Of a stretch of 64,000 nucleotides of DNA, positions 39,716 to 48,237 are shown one piece after another. The notes under the pieces are model-generated. The model did no database searches. It was not told where the DNA came from and saw only the letters and a program-made list of their open reading frames with translations. Both the position numbers and the translations under genes were made by a program. The stretch is from Bacilli bacterium (GTDB taxonomy: Bacteria; Bacillota_I; Bacilli_A; RF39; UBA660). The number at the start of each line of letters is the position of its first letter. The first letter of the stretch is position 1. Where the stretch lies: contig JAFXOW010000010.1 in assembly GCA_017528315.1 (NCBI GenBank), forward strand, positions 67,367 to 131,366, given 5' to 3'.

Positions 39716-40741
39716 TTGAAAAATATGCAGAAAATAAAAAAAATTCTAAAAAGAAATATTAAACTATTAATAACCTTAATATTAGGAATAATTATACCAA
39801 TAATTGGAGTATATGCATCAACCATATATTATAATGGTAATGAAGTAGGATATAGTAATGCTAATTTAACTAAAAATGGTCAAGTAGTAACTAATGTTCA
39901 AGATGCCTTAGATGCCTTGTATAATAAAGCAACAGATCCTTCATATGGTGAAGATGTTTGTACAACTAGTCCTTTTAAGTTAGGAGATTATGTAAGTTAT
40001 ATGCCAACATCAACAAGTTATTCTCCAAATACTTCGTTAAGAGGGGATGCAACAGCAGTAACAATAAATCCAAGTGAGTTGACACTTTGGAGAGTAATAA
40101 AAATAAATCCAAATTGTACAGTAGAAGTAGTATCAGAGTATGTATCAACAAGTACCGTGCAATTTAAGAATAAAACTGGATATTTAAATTATGTGTATGT
40201 ACTAAATGAGATAGCTAAACAGTATGCAGATTCAAGCCATACGTATACACTTGATCCGGCATCAGCCCCAAATGGAGCATTTAGAAATGTAGGATATGAT
40301 GGAGCAACACTTCAAATAACTAATACAACAAGAATAGATAATACGTCACTTGGAGCATCAGGAGGATTATGGTATCAAAAGTCAACTGGATTAAATGGAG
40401 AAGAGAGTTTGGGAGGAGGAGATCAAGGATTTACAACGGATTTAAAATTATTGAGTGATGCAGGAGTAAGTATAGCTGCCTATGCTAAGGGAACAACAAC
40501 GCCAACAGAATATTGGTTAGCTTCGCGCTCCTATACGTGGAACAGTACTACTGATTGGGGATTTGCCGCCCGTAGTGTGCGCTCGTATGGCTACGTTGGT
40601 GGCTACTACCTGTATGACTGGGATGGCAGTAGCTTTACTTCGTACCTCAGCAATAGAGCGGTTCGTCCTGTAATCACTCTAAAGTCTGGACTCACGGTGA
40701 GTGGAGCTGGAACAAGTGCATCACCATATGTGATAAACTAA
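39716..40741 (+). CDS. DGR target protein: membrane-anchored surface protein with C-terminal C-type-lectin-fold variable region
   Basis: 341 aa, N-terminal anchor. 3' 131 nt (40543-40673) matches the downstream template repeat except mainly at template adenines. C-terminus …AVRPVITLKSG… is typical of CLec-fold DGR targets. Confidence 0.75.
   Translation: MKNMQKIKKILKRNIKLLITLILGIIIPIIGVYASTIYYNGNEVGYSNANLTKNGQVVTNVQDALDALYNKATDPSYGEDVCTTSPFKLGDYVSYMPTSTSYSPNTSLRGDATAVTINPSELTLWRVIKINPNCTVEVVSEYVSTSTVQFKNKTGYLNYVYVLNEIAKQYADSSHTYTLDPASAPNGAFRNVGYDGATLQITNTTRIDNTSLGASGGLWYQKSTGLNGEESLGGGDQGFTTDLKLLSDAGVSIAAYAKGTTTPTEYWLASRSYTWNSTTDWGFAARSVRSYGYVGGYYLYDWDGSSFTSYLSNRAVRPVITLKSGLTVSGAGTSASPYVIN
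40543..40673 (+). repeat. DGR variable repeat (VR)
   Basis: Hand alignment to 41610-41740 gives about 109 of 131 identical positions. About 18 of about 22 mismatches are at template adenines. Template AAC (Asn) codons map to Tyr/Asp/Arg/Leu/Ser codons in the variable repeat. Confidence 0.75.
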
Positions 40742-40766
40742 GATAGAAAGATAAAGAATATGAAGA

Positions 40767-40790
40767 GTGGACGCCCTCTAGGACGTCCAC
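40767..40790 (+). other. GC-rich hairpin (GTGGACG…CGTCCAC) immediately downstream of the VR-bearing gene
   Basis: 7-bp GC-rich inverted repeat that stands out in an AT-rich genome. Positioned like the stem-loop that enhances DGR homing in other systems. Confidence 0.5.
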
Positions 40791-40827
40791 GACAGCCTTA
40801 AAAAATTAAAAGAAAGAAGGGTTAATT

Positions 40828-41250
40828 ATGGCGAATGTTTTTATGCATAAGACATTAAAAGAAGCATTCTCTGATTATATAATTTTCTTAAAAGTTGGTA
40901 ATTTTTGTGAAGCATATGATAATGATGCTAAAATTATTTCTTATTTATTTAATTATAAATTAAGAAAACTAAATGATACTCTTAATTGTGTCTTTCCTCT
41001 TGTTGCTATAAACAAAGTTTTAAGTGTTTTAGATAGAAAAAGTATTAATTATATAGTTATTGATAAAGCTCATAATTATGAAGAAGAAATAAAACAAAAT
41101 TATAAGAGAAAAAATAAATATGAAGAAACATTAAATGAAGCTTTAAAATATACTGAAAAAATAGATAGAATAGAAAAAATAAAAAATCATTTAATGTTAG
41201 ATGATAAATACCTTCTTGATATAGAAAGACTTTTGTATGAACAAAAGTAA
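40828..41250 (+). CDS. small protein with MutS domain-I-like (mismatch-binding-domain-like) N-terminal region
   Basis: 140 aa. …FLKVGNFCEAYDNDAKIIS…LNCVFPLVAINKVLSVL… parallels MutS domain I (…FYRMGDFYELFYDDAK…IPMAGIPYHA…L..L…). Embedded between the DGR target gene and avd. Confidence 0.4.
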   Translation: MANVFMHKTLKEAFSDYIIFLKVGNFCEAYDNDAKIISYLFNYKLRKLNDTLNCVFPLVAINKVLSVLDRKSINYIVIDKAHNYEEEIKQNYKRKNKYEETLNEALKYTEKIDRIEKIKNHLMLDDKYLLDIERLLYEQK

Positions 41251-41584
41251 GTTTTATATTATTACTTTAGTTGAAAATCTTATTTTAGATTTTGATAAAT
41301 ATTTAACTAATTTCCCTCATATGTATATTGAGTTAAAAAGAGAGATTATGAATACAAGTTATAATATGTTAAGAATTACTCTAGAAGCCAATGAAACGTA
41401 TTCAATAGATAAGAGAATCGATTATCAAGATAAAATTATTGCTAATATTAAGTATTTAGATTTTCTAATTAATTCTTGTTATGATAAGAAAATTATAAAT
41501 AATAAAAGATATTTAAAATTTGGTAGTAATCTAGATTATTTACTTAAATATATTTATGCATGGAGAAATAAGTGTAGGGCATAG
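41237..41584 (+). CDS. avd: DGR accessory variability determinant (Avd)-like small basic helical protein
   Basis: 115 aa, basic. Positioned directly upstream of the template repeat and reverse transcriptase as in canonical DGRs. …FPHMYIELKREIMNTSYNMLRITLEAN… resembles the Avd four-helix-bundle family. Confidence 0.5.
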   Translation: MNKSKFYIITLVENLILDFDKYLTNFPHMYIELKREIMNTSYNMLRITLEANETYSIDKRIDYQDKIIANIKYLDFLINSCYDKKIINNKRYLKFGSNLDYLLKYIYAWRNKCRA

Positions 41585-41609
41585 TTGTTAGAACGTATTG
41601 TAATCTTTT

Positions 41610-41740
41610 CAGTACCACTGATTGGAAATTTACCGCACGTATTGTGAACTCGAATGGCAACGTTGGTAGCAACAACCTGTATAACTGGTATAGCAGTAGC
41701 TTTACTTCGAACAACAACAATAAAGCGGTCCGTCCTGTAA
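41610..41740 (+). repeat. DGR template repeat (TR), non-coding, AAC-rich
   Basis: Intergenic copy of the 3' end of gene 39716-40741. Lies between avd and the reverse transcriptase. Confidence 0.75.
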
Positions 41741-41867
41741 CTTCTATAAACTTAGGAAATATAATTATTATTATATTTGATAAATATAGAAATAGACTAT
41801 TGTCCTTTCCATTTGGATAAACTAAGAAAAATATATCTGTTAGTAAAATAATGAAAGGGGATATATT

Positions 41868-42821
41868 TTGAAAAAATATAATAATTTATATGATAATATT
41901 TATAAATTAGAAAACATAATATATTGTTTTAATGAAATATGTAAAAATACTAGAAATAAAAAAAGAGTAGCAGAATTTAAATCATTAAAATGTGTTTATA
42001 TAAGTAGAGTATATAATGACCTAAAAAATAAAACGTATGAACCAGGTAAGTTTAATGTATTCTATATATATGATCCTAAAAAAAGAAGAATAGTCAGTCA
42101 AAATATGTATGATAAACTAGTTAATCATTTAGTAAGTAGATATATTTTATATCCTAGTATACTTCCTTGTTTAATAAATGAAAACTGTGCATCACGTCCA
42201 AACAAAGGAGTTAAATATGCCTTAGATTTATATTATAAATATAGAAGAATTTTATATAATAATTATAATAGTTATTATATATTAAAATGTGATATTAAAG
42301 ATTATTTTGGAAGTATTAATATAGATATATTAAAAGAAAAAATAGAAAGAAGGATTAAAGATAAAGATTCTTTACTAATAATTAATAAAATACTTGATAG
42401 TGATAATAAATTATCAATTGGTTTTATGACTAGTCAAATACTTGGTATATTTTATTTAAATGACTTAGACCATTATATTAAAGAAAATTTACATATAAAA
42501 TATTATGTTAGATATCAAGATGACTTTTTATTGATGCATCAAGATAAAGAATATTTAAAATACTGTTTAAATAAAATAAAAGAATTTTTAATTAAAGATG
42601 ACTTAATATTAAATAAGAAAACAAGGATTCATAAAAATACAGATAATTTTATATTTTTAGGTAGAAATAAGTATAATAATTATACTAAATATAGAAATAT
42701 AAAAAGAAAAATTAAATATAAAAAATATTTATATGAAAATAATATTATTAATCTTAATTCTTATATTAGTAGTATTAATTCATATAAAAATTTAATAAAT
42801 AGAAAGGAATTTAAAAAATGA
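41868..42821 (+). CDS. DGR-type reverse transcriptase
   Basis: 317 aa. RT motifs: DIKDYFGSI (motif 3), SIGFMTSQ (DGR-specific [ILV]GxxxSQ in place of QGxxxSP), YVRYQDDFLL (YxDD box). Confidence 0.85.
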   Translation: MKKYNNLYDNIYKLENIIYCFNEICKNTRNKKRVAEFKSLKCVYISRVYNDLKNKTYEPGKFNVFYIYDPKKRRIVSQNMYDKLVNHLVSRYILYPSILPCLINENCASRPNKGVKYALDLYYKYRRILYNNYNSYYILKCDIKDYFGSINIDILKEKIERRIKDKDSLLIINKILDSDNKLSIGFMTSQILGIFYLNDLDHYIKENLHIKYYVRYQDDFLLMHQDKEYLKYCLNKIKEFLIKDDLILNKKTRIHKNTDNFIFLGRNKYNNYTKYRNIKRKIKYKKYLYENNIINLNSYISSINSYKNLINRKEFKK

Positions 42822-43816
42822 AAAAAATAAGATTATTTTTAAAGAATAATTTTAAACTATTAATAGCATTAATAGTAGGAATAGCTATATCAGGAACTTG
42901 TGTATATGCAACTTCAATACAATTTGATAGTAATAAAGTAAGTTTTGATAATACAAGTGCTAATTTAACTAAAAATGGAGTTGCAGTAACTAATGTTCGT
43001 GATGCTATAGATGCTTTGTATGAAAAATCACTTTGTACTAATAATCCTTTTAATATAGGAGATTATGTAAGTTATACACCGACAGCAACAAGTTATGATG
43101 TAACATCAACAGGAGTAAGTGGTGCAACGGGAACCTTAAATCCAAGTGAGTTAAATTTGTGGAGAGTAATAAAAATAAATCCCAATTGTACAGTAGAAGT
43201 AGTATCAGAGTATGTATCAACAACAAATATAACTTTTACAGGTAAGGATGGATATTTAAATTATGTATATATATTAAATGAGATAGCTAAGCAATATGCA
43301 GATGAAAATCATACGTATACACTTGATCCAACAACCGCCCCAGATGGAGCATATAGAAATTTTGGATATGATGGAGCAACACTTCAAATAACCAATACAA
43401 CGAGAATCGATAATACAACACTTGGAGCATCAGGAGGATTATGGTATCAAAAGCCAGTTGGATTAAATGGAGAAGAAAGTTTTGGAGGAGGAGATCAAGG
43501 ATTTACAACGGATTTAAAATTATTGAGTGATGCAGGAGTAAGTATAGCTGCCTATGCCAAGGGAACAACAACGCCAACAGCCTATTGGATTGATTCACGT
43601 ATGTATAAATGGGATGATGCTTCTACGTGGAGCTTTGTTGCACGGCGTATGAATGCTTCTGGACTTCCCGGAGGTGGGAGCCTATATAGTTATAGCAGTA
43701 GTAGTTTTACGTCTTCAAGCGATGGTGGATATGCTGTCCGTCCTGTCGTGACTCTAAAGTCTGGACTCTCAGTAAGTGGTCAGGGTACTAGTGATTCACC
43801 ATATGTTATAAATTAA
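42818..43816 (+). CDS. paralogue of the DGR target protein (secondary or decayed target)
   Basis: 332 aa with the same architecture and about 60-70% identity to 39716-40741. C-terminal VR-like region is diverged at non-adenine positions with indels. No downstream GC hairpin. Confidence 0.6.
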   Translation: MKKIRLFLKNNFKLLIALIVGIAISGTCVYATSIQFDSNKVSFDNTSANLTKNGVAVTNVRDAIDALYEKSLCTNNPFNIGDYVSYTPTATSYDVTSTGVSGATGTLNPSELNLWRVIKINPNCTVEVVSEYVSTTNITFTGKDGYLNYVYILNEIAKQYADENHTYTLDPTTAPDGAYRNFGYDGATLQITNTTRIDNTTLGASGGLWYQKPVGLNGEESFGGGDQGFTTDLKLLSDAGVSIAAYAKGTTTPTAYWIDSRMYKWDDASTWSFVARRMNASGLPGGGSLYSYSSSSFTSSSDGGYAVRPVVTLKSGLSVSGQGTSDSPYVIN

Positions 43817-43847
43817 GATATAGTAGTATATATAGTAAGAAAGGAAT

Positions 43848-44312
43848 TTGATTATGAAAAATATGTTAAATAAAATAAAAGGAATAAGTAAGAGAAATAA
43901 AATAATAATTATAATAGGAATAGTATTAGTAGTAATAATAGGTATTAGTATATTCTTTATTATTAGAAATAATAATAAAGGTAATAAATTAATATTAGAT
44001 GATGATAAACCTATTGTAGAAAATATTAAAGTAGATAATACTATAAATGAAATAAGTGTTGTAAGTTCAAGAATAGAGAAACTTGGTAAAGTTAGTAGTA
44101 TTTATGTTAAAGTGAAAAATAATACAGATAGTATTATAGATAAAAGTGATTTAAAGTTAACTATTAAAGATAGTAATGATAATGTTATATTAACATCATA
44201 TATTAAAGAATTTAATAATTTTAATATAGGAGAAGAAAGAGAGTTTCAAGTATCTACTAGTAGTGATATAAGTAATGCTTCTAAGTATATAGTAGAAAAA
44301 GTAGTAGAATAA
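43848..44312 (+). CDS. membrane-anchored hypothetical protein
   Basis: 154 aa, N-terminal TM. RBS aaggaa. Confidence 0.4.
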   Translation: MIMKNMLNKIKGISKRNKIIIIIGIVLVVIIGISIFFIIRNNNKGNKLILDDDKPIVENIKVDNTINEISVVSSRIEKLGKVSSIYVKVKNNTDSIIDKSDLKLTIKDSNDNVILTSYIKEFNNFNIGEEREFQVSTSSDISNASKYIVEKVVE

Positions 44313-44338
44313 ATGACAAGTATGACTTGTCATTTTGT
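44312..44338 (+). terminator. hairpin terminator (AATGACAAGT-a-ACTTGTCATT + T-run)
   Basis: Perfect 10-bp palindrome after gene 43848-44312. Confidence 0.5.
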
Positions 44339-44435
44339 GTACCGTGCATGGCATATAACTAGGTATTTAAAGAAATTGATTTGAAAATAATTTAAAAACG
44401 TTCCGAATTTTTGACAAAAATGGCGAAAATTCGGA

Positions 44436-44789
44436 ATGTATTTGTTGACTAATCAACAAGTGTATTATATCATTTATAATGAACTTAGAAGAAGAGGATA
44501 TGCTGTAGATGTTGGAGTAGTTGAAATAAGAGATGAAAATAATCGTAAACAAACAGAAATAGATTTTGTTTGCAATTTGGGTAGTAAAAAATATTATATA
44601 CAATCAGCACTTAATATTGATGAAAAAGAGAAACAAGAACAAGAATTTAGGCCGCTTATGAATGTAAATGATTTTTTTAAAAAAATTGTTATAGTAAAAA
44701 GTGGTGGTAAGATATGGAGAAATGAAGTTGGAATTACGATTATGAATATATATGAATTTTTATTAAATGAAAATAGTTTAGATTTATAA
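44436..44789 (+). pseudogene. C-terminal fragment of a DUF4143-type AAA ATPase (truncated gene remnant)
   Basis: 117-aa ORF …TEIDFVCNLGSKKYYIQSALNIDEK…FFKKIVIVKSGGKIW… resembles only the C-terminal restriction-endonuclease-like domain of DUF4143 ATPases. No N-terminal P-loop module present. Confidence 0.45.
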
Positions 44790-44833
44790 TTTAAGAAATT
44801 AAATTGAAAAAATTTTTTTTCTTATTTTTTTTT
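44790..44833 (+). repeat. terminator-like palindromic repeat copy C
   Basis: TTAAGAAATTAAATTGAAAAAATTTTTTTTTCTTATTTTTTTTT, a variant of copies A and B. Confidence 0.55.
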
Positions 44834-45155
44834 AAATATTAGCGTAAATTTAATTTTTGTTATATTTTTTATACCTCAATTTTGTTTTTTGTTTTTATAA
44901 ATTAAACAAAAAGGAAATTTGAGGTATTTTTGTATTAAAAATATTGATTTACAAAATTTGACATATATAGATTGTTGTGTTAGTCTTTTAATTACCGGTG
45001 AAAATACTATAGTTAGAGTACTATAATTATGGAGAAATGAGAAGGTAAAAATGCGAAAATATGTCACTAGAAATGAGTGTGAAAATGATTCTAATTTGAT
45101 TGTGCCAATCGCATAAGACGATTTATTTCATGAAGTATTTGGAAGAGAGGAGTAT

Positions 45156-46008
45156 GTGGCTAATACGGAAGTACTTTTAAGTGCTTTACTTGGTATTCCA
45201 TATGATGAAACAAAAGGTCATGTAATTATAAAATCTAGTGGTATGTCTAATTTGGCAGTTAATTCTAAACATGGTGAAAAAGATATTGTTGCTTGGGTTA
45301 ATATAGATGAACCATTAAAAATTACAATTGAAATGAACAAATATAGTACTCATTAACCAATTATTGATAGAAACATTTTCTTTGCAAGTGATGTTTTTAG
45401 TTCAGGTCTTGAACGTGGTAATTCTTATGAAGATTTGGTTCAGACAATTCAATTTAGTTTTAATCCTCGTTATATTGATATGGAACATAAAGATGTAATT
45501 GACGAATATACTTTAAGAAATAACCATAATCATGAATTATTAAGAAAATTTACTTCGTATCAAATTAATATTGCAAGACTATCCGAATTATGGTACAAAA
45601 AGAGAAAAGTCTAATATAAATCCATTATTAATTTTATTTGGTGCATTGATTTGGGAAAATGAAAAAGACAAATTTGAAGAAATAATTAAGAGTGAATTAA
45701 TGGATAAAGCTATTGGAACTTTAATTGAAGGAATAGTGTTCGATATGAATAAGAATTCTGATTTTGTTGTAAAGTATTATGATAGAGAGGAAGCTCGTAA
45801 GCAAGAACTTGAAATAGAAAAAAAGTATCTTCGAGAAGAAGTTCGTGATGAGGTTCGTGAAGAGGTTCTTGCTGAGGGCATAGAACAAAATAGGATTGAA
45901 ATGATTATGAATATGTATAAAAAAGGTTGGACTTTGGAACACATAGCAGATGGATGTAATCTAACAATTGAAGAAGTAGAAAAAATAATTGATTCAAATA
46001 AAGAGTAA
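45156..46008 (+). pseudogene. Rpn-family (YhgA-like, PD-(D/E)XK) recombination-promoting nuclease/putative transposase, disrupted
   Basis: Family hallmarks …ITIEMN…, …IDRNIFFASDVFSSGLERGNSYEDLVQTIQFSFN… and C-terminal …KGWTLEHIADGCNLTIEEVEKII…. In-frame TAA at 45354-45356 and a frameshift near 45560-45615. Confidence 0.65.
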
Positions 46009-46052
46009 TTTAACTAAAAAAGAAAAAAATTAAAAATATAATAAAAAAGTTC

Positions 46053-46081
46053 TTGATTTTCCTATTTTTCTATGCTAAAAT
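46053..46081 (+). promoter_or_regulatory. S10 operon promoter (TTGATT-17nt-TAAAAT) followed by about 115-nt GC-richer structured leader
   Basis: Consensus-like hexamers with 17-nt spacing. Leader 46082-46196 is markedly GC-richer than surrounding intergenic DNA. Confidence 0.5.
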
Positions 46082-46196
46082 ATCTATCGTGTTTGATTGC
46101 TTAGATGTGCAAGGTTGTCGATACACGTGGGCACGTTGTTCGGGTTATTTGCACGGAGCAAGCCTATGCCAGATATAGACGAAAGGAGCCGATAAT

Positions 46197-46508
46197 ATGT
46201 CAAAACAGATAGTTCGTATTAGATTGAAAGCATATGATCATCGTGTACTTGATAATGCATGCTTAAAAATTGTTGAAACTGTTAAAAGATCAGGTGGAGA
46301 AATCAGTGGACCAGTACCACTTCCAACTGAAATTGAAAAGTTTACAATTCTTCGTGCAGTACATAAGTACAAAGATTCACGTGAACAATTTGAAATGAGA
46401 ACTCATAAGAGACTTATCGATATCAAAAATCCAAGTAAGGAAATTATTGATGCTTTAACACATTTAGATTTACCAAGTGGTGTTGATATTGATATTAAAC
46501 AAAAATAA
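46197..46508 (+). CDS. rpsJ: 30S ribosomal protein S10
   Basis: 103 aa. Strong S10 similarity. Confidence 0.95.
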   Translation: MSKQIVRIRLKAYDHRVLDNACLKIVETVKRSGGEISGPVPLPTEIEKFTILRAVHKYKDSREQFEMRTHKRLIDIKNPSKEIIDALTHLDLPSGVDIDIKQK

Positions 46509-46535
46509 GAAAAATAAGAAAGAGAGGAATTAAAA

Positions 46536-47327
46536 ATGAAAGGAATCTTAGGTAGAAAGATTGGGATGACTCAAGTCTTTTCTCGTGAAGGTAAGCTTAT
46601 TCCGGTTACTGTTGTTGAAGTAGAACCTAACTATGTTAGTCAAATTAAAACTATGGAAACAGATGGATATGAAGCTATTCAACTTGCAGCTATCAGCAAA
46701 AAAGAGAAAAATACTACTAAACCAGAGATGGGTCATCTAAAAAAAGCAGGTGTTGAACCTAAGCGCTTCTTAAAAGAAATAAGAGGGGTTAATGTATCTG
46801 AATATACTTTAGGACAAAAAGTTGATGCAAGTATATTTACAGAAGGAGAAATGGTTGATGTTTCTGGAATTTCAAAAGGAAAGGGATATCAAGGTGTAAT
46901 TAAACGTTACAATCAAACAAGAGGACCTATGGGACATGGTAGTCAATACCATCGTGGAGTAGGATCTATGGGAACACTTCTTCCAATGCACGTATTAAAG
47001 GGAAAGAAGTTACCAGGTCATATGGGACATGAATTAGTTACTGTTCAAAATCTTGAAATAGTAAAAATTGATTTAGAAAACAATATTGTTTTAATTAAAG
47101 GAAATGTTCCTGGACCAAAGAAAGCTTTAGTTGTTATTAAAACAGCTGTAAAAAATCCTGATAAGGTAAATGAAAAAGTAGACTTAGTTTTTTATGAAGT
47201 AGAAGAAGTTACTAATGATGTGGAAAATTCAGAAGTAGTAGAAAACGATACTTTAGAAGAGACAGTTGAAACCACAGAAGAAGTAGAAACTTCTGAAACT
47301 AAGGAAGAGGAGCCAACAGGAGAGTAA
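46536..47327 (+). CDS. rplC: 50S ribosomal protein L3 (with about 50-aa acidic C-terminal extension)
   Basis: 263 aa. L3 core plus E/T/V-rich tail. Confidence 0.95.
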   Translation: MKGILGRKIGMTQVFSREGKLIPVTVVEVEPNYVSQIKTMETDGYEAIQLAAISKKEKNTTKPEMGHLKKAGVEPKRFLKEIRGVNVSEYTLGQKVDASIFTEGEMVDVSGISKGKGYQGVIKRYNQTRGPMGHGSQYHRGVGSMGTLLPMHVLKGKKLPGHMGHELVTVQNLEIVKIDLENNIVLIKGNVPGPKKALVVIKTAVKNPDKVNEKVDLVFYEVEEVTNDVENSEVVENDTLEETVETTEEVETSETKEEEPTGE

Positions 47328-47349
47328 TCTCTTGTAAAGGAGGATAATT

Positions 47350-47946
47350 ATGGAAAGAGTTAATGACATTAAGTTAAGCAAAGAAGTATTTGATATAAAA
47401 CCTAATGATAATGTGGTACGTGACGCAATTCAGGTTGCAATGTCAGGACTTCGTCAAGGAACTTATAAAGTAAAAACAAGAAGCGAAGTATCAGGCGGTG
47501 GAAGAAAACCTTGGAGACAAAAGGGAACTGGACGTGCTCGTCAAGGTTCAATTCGCGCACCACAGTGGCGTGGAGGAGGAATTGCTCTAGGACCTGTACC
47601 TCGTGATTACTCACTTAAAATGAATCGTAAGGAAAGAAAGTTAGCATTAAAGAGTGCTTTAACTTATAAAGCACATGATAAAGAGATAATTGTTGTTGAT
47701 AAGATTACTCTTGATGTTCCAAAAACTAAAGAAATGATTAAGATGCTTGATGGTTTAGAAATTGCTTCTAAGAAAGTTTTAATTGTTATGAATGAATTAG
47801 ATGAAAATGTAATTCTTGCAGGACGTAATTTACAAAATATCTTTATGATGGAACCATACGAATTAAATGTTTTAGACATTATAAATGCTGACTATATATT
47901 AGCGGATGTTGCTGCTATAAAGACAATAGAGGAGGCACTTAAATAA
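47350..47946 (+). CDS. rplD: 50S ribosomal protein L4
   Basis: 198 aa. L4 similarity. Confidence 0.95.
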   Translation: MERVNDIKLSKEVFDIKPNDNVVRDAIQVAMSGLRQGTYKVKTRSEVSGGGRKPWRQKGTGRARQGSIRAPQWRGGGIALGPVPRDYSLKMNRKERKLALKSALTYKAHDKEIIVVDKITLDVPKTKEMIKMLDGLEIASKKVLIVMNELDENVILAGRNLQNIFMMEPYELNVLDIINADYILADVAAIKTIEEALK

Positions 47947-47947
47947 T

Positions 47948-48229
47948 ATGGATACTAAGTATTTAGAAATAATTAAAGCTCCTTTAATTACTGAGAAAAG
48001 CCGTGACCGTGAAGCAATAAACCAATACAGTTTCAGAGTTTCACTTAAGGCAACTAAGATTGAAATTAAAGAAGCTGTTGAAAAAATATTTAAAGTTAAT
48101 GTAGTGGATGTTCAAACATTGAACATGCCAGTTAAGAAAAAAAGAGTAGGTCGTTATACTGGACTTAGTAATAGATGCAAAAAAGCAATTGTTACTCTTA
48201 AGGCTGGACAAACGATTGAAATGAAATAG
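47948..48229 (+). CDS. rplW: 50S ribosomal protein L23
   Basis: 93 aa. Confidence 0.93.
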   Translation: MDTKYLEIIKAPLITEKSRDREAINQYSFRVSLKATKIEIKEAVEKIFKVNVVDVQTLNMPVKKKRVGRYTGLSNRCKKAIVTLKAGQTIEMK

Positions 48230-48237
48230 GAGGGTAT

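Noticed and set aside
41585-41609. Extending the TR further upstream (possible similarity of ACGT…CAGTAC at 41592-41612 to 40534-40548)
   Set aside because: The upstream match requires a 13-nt gap and is too short to trust. TR/VR boundaries are conservatively set where continuous alignment begins.
36802-44312. Whole surface-protein/DGR cluster as a prophage
   Set aside because: No capsid, terminase, tail, integrase or lysis genes are present. The DGR appears chromosomal and associated with cellular surface proteins rather than a phage tail-fibre gene.
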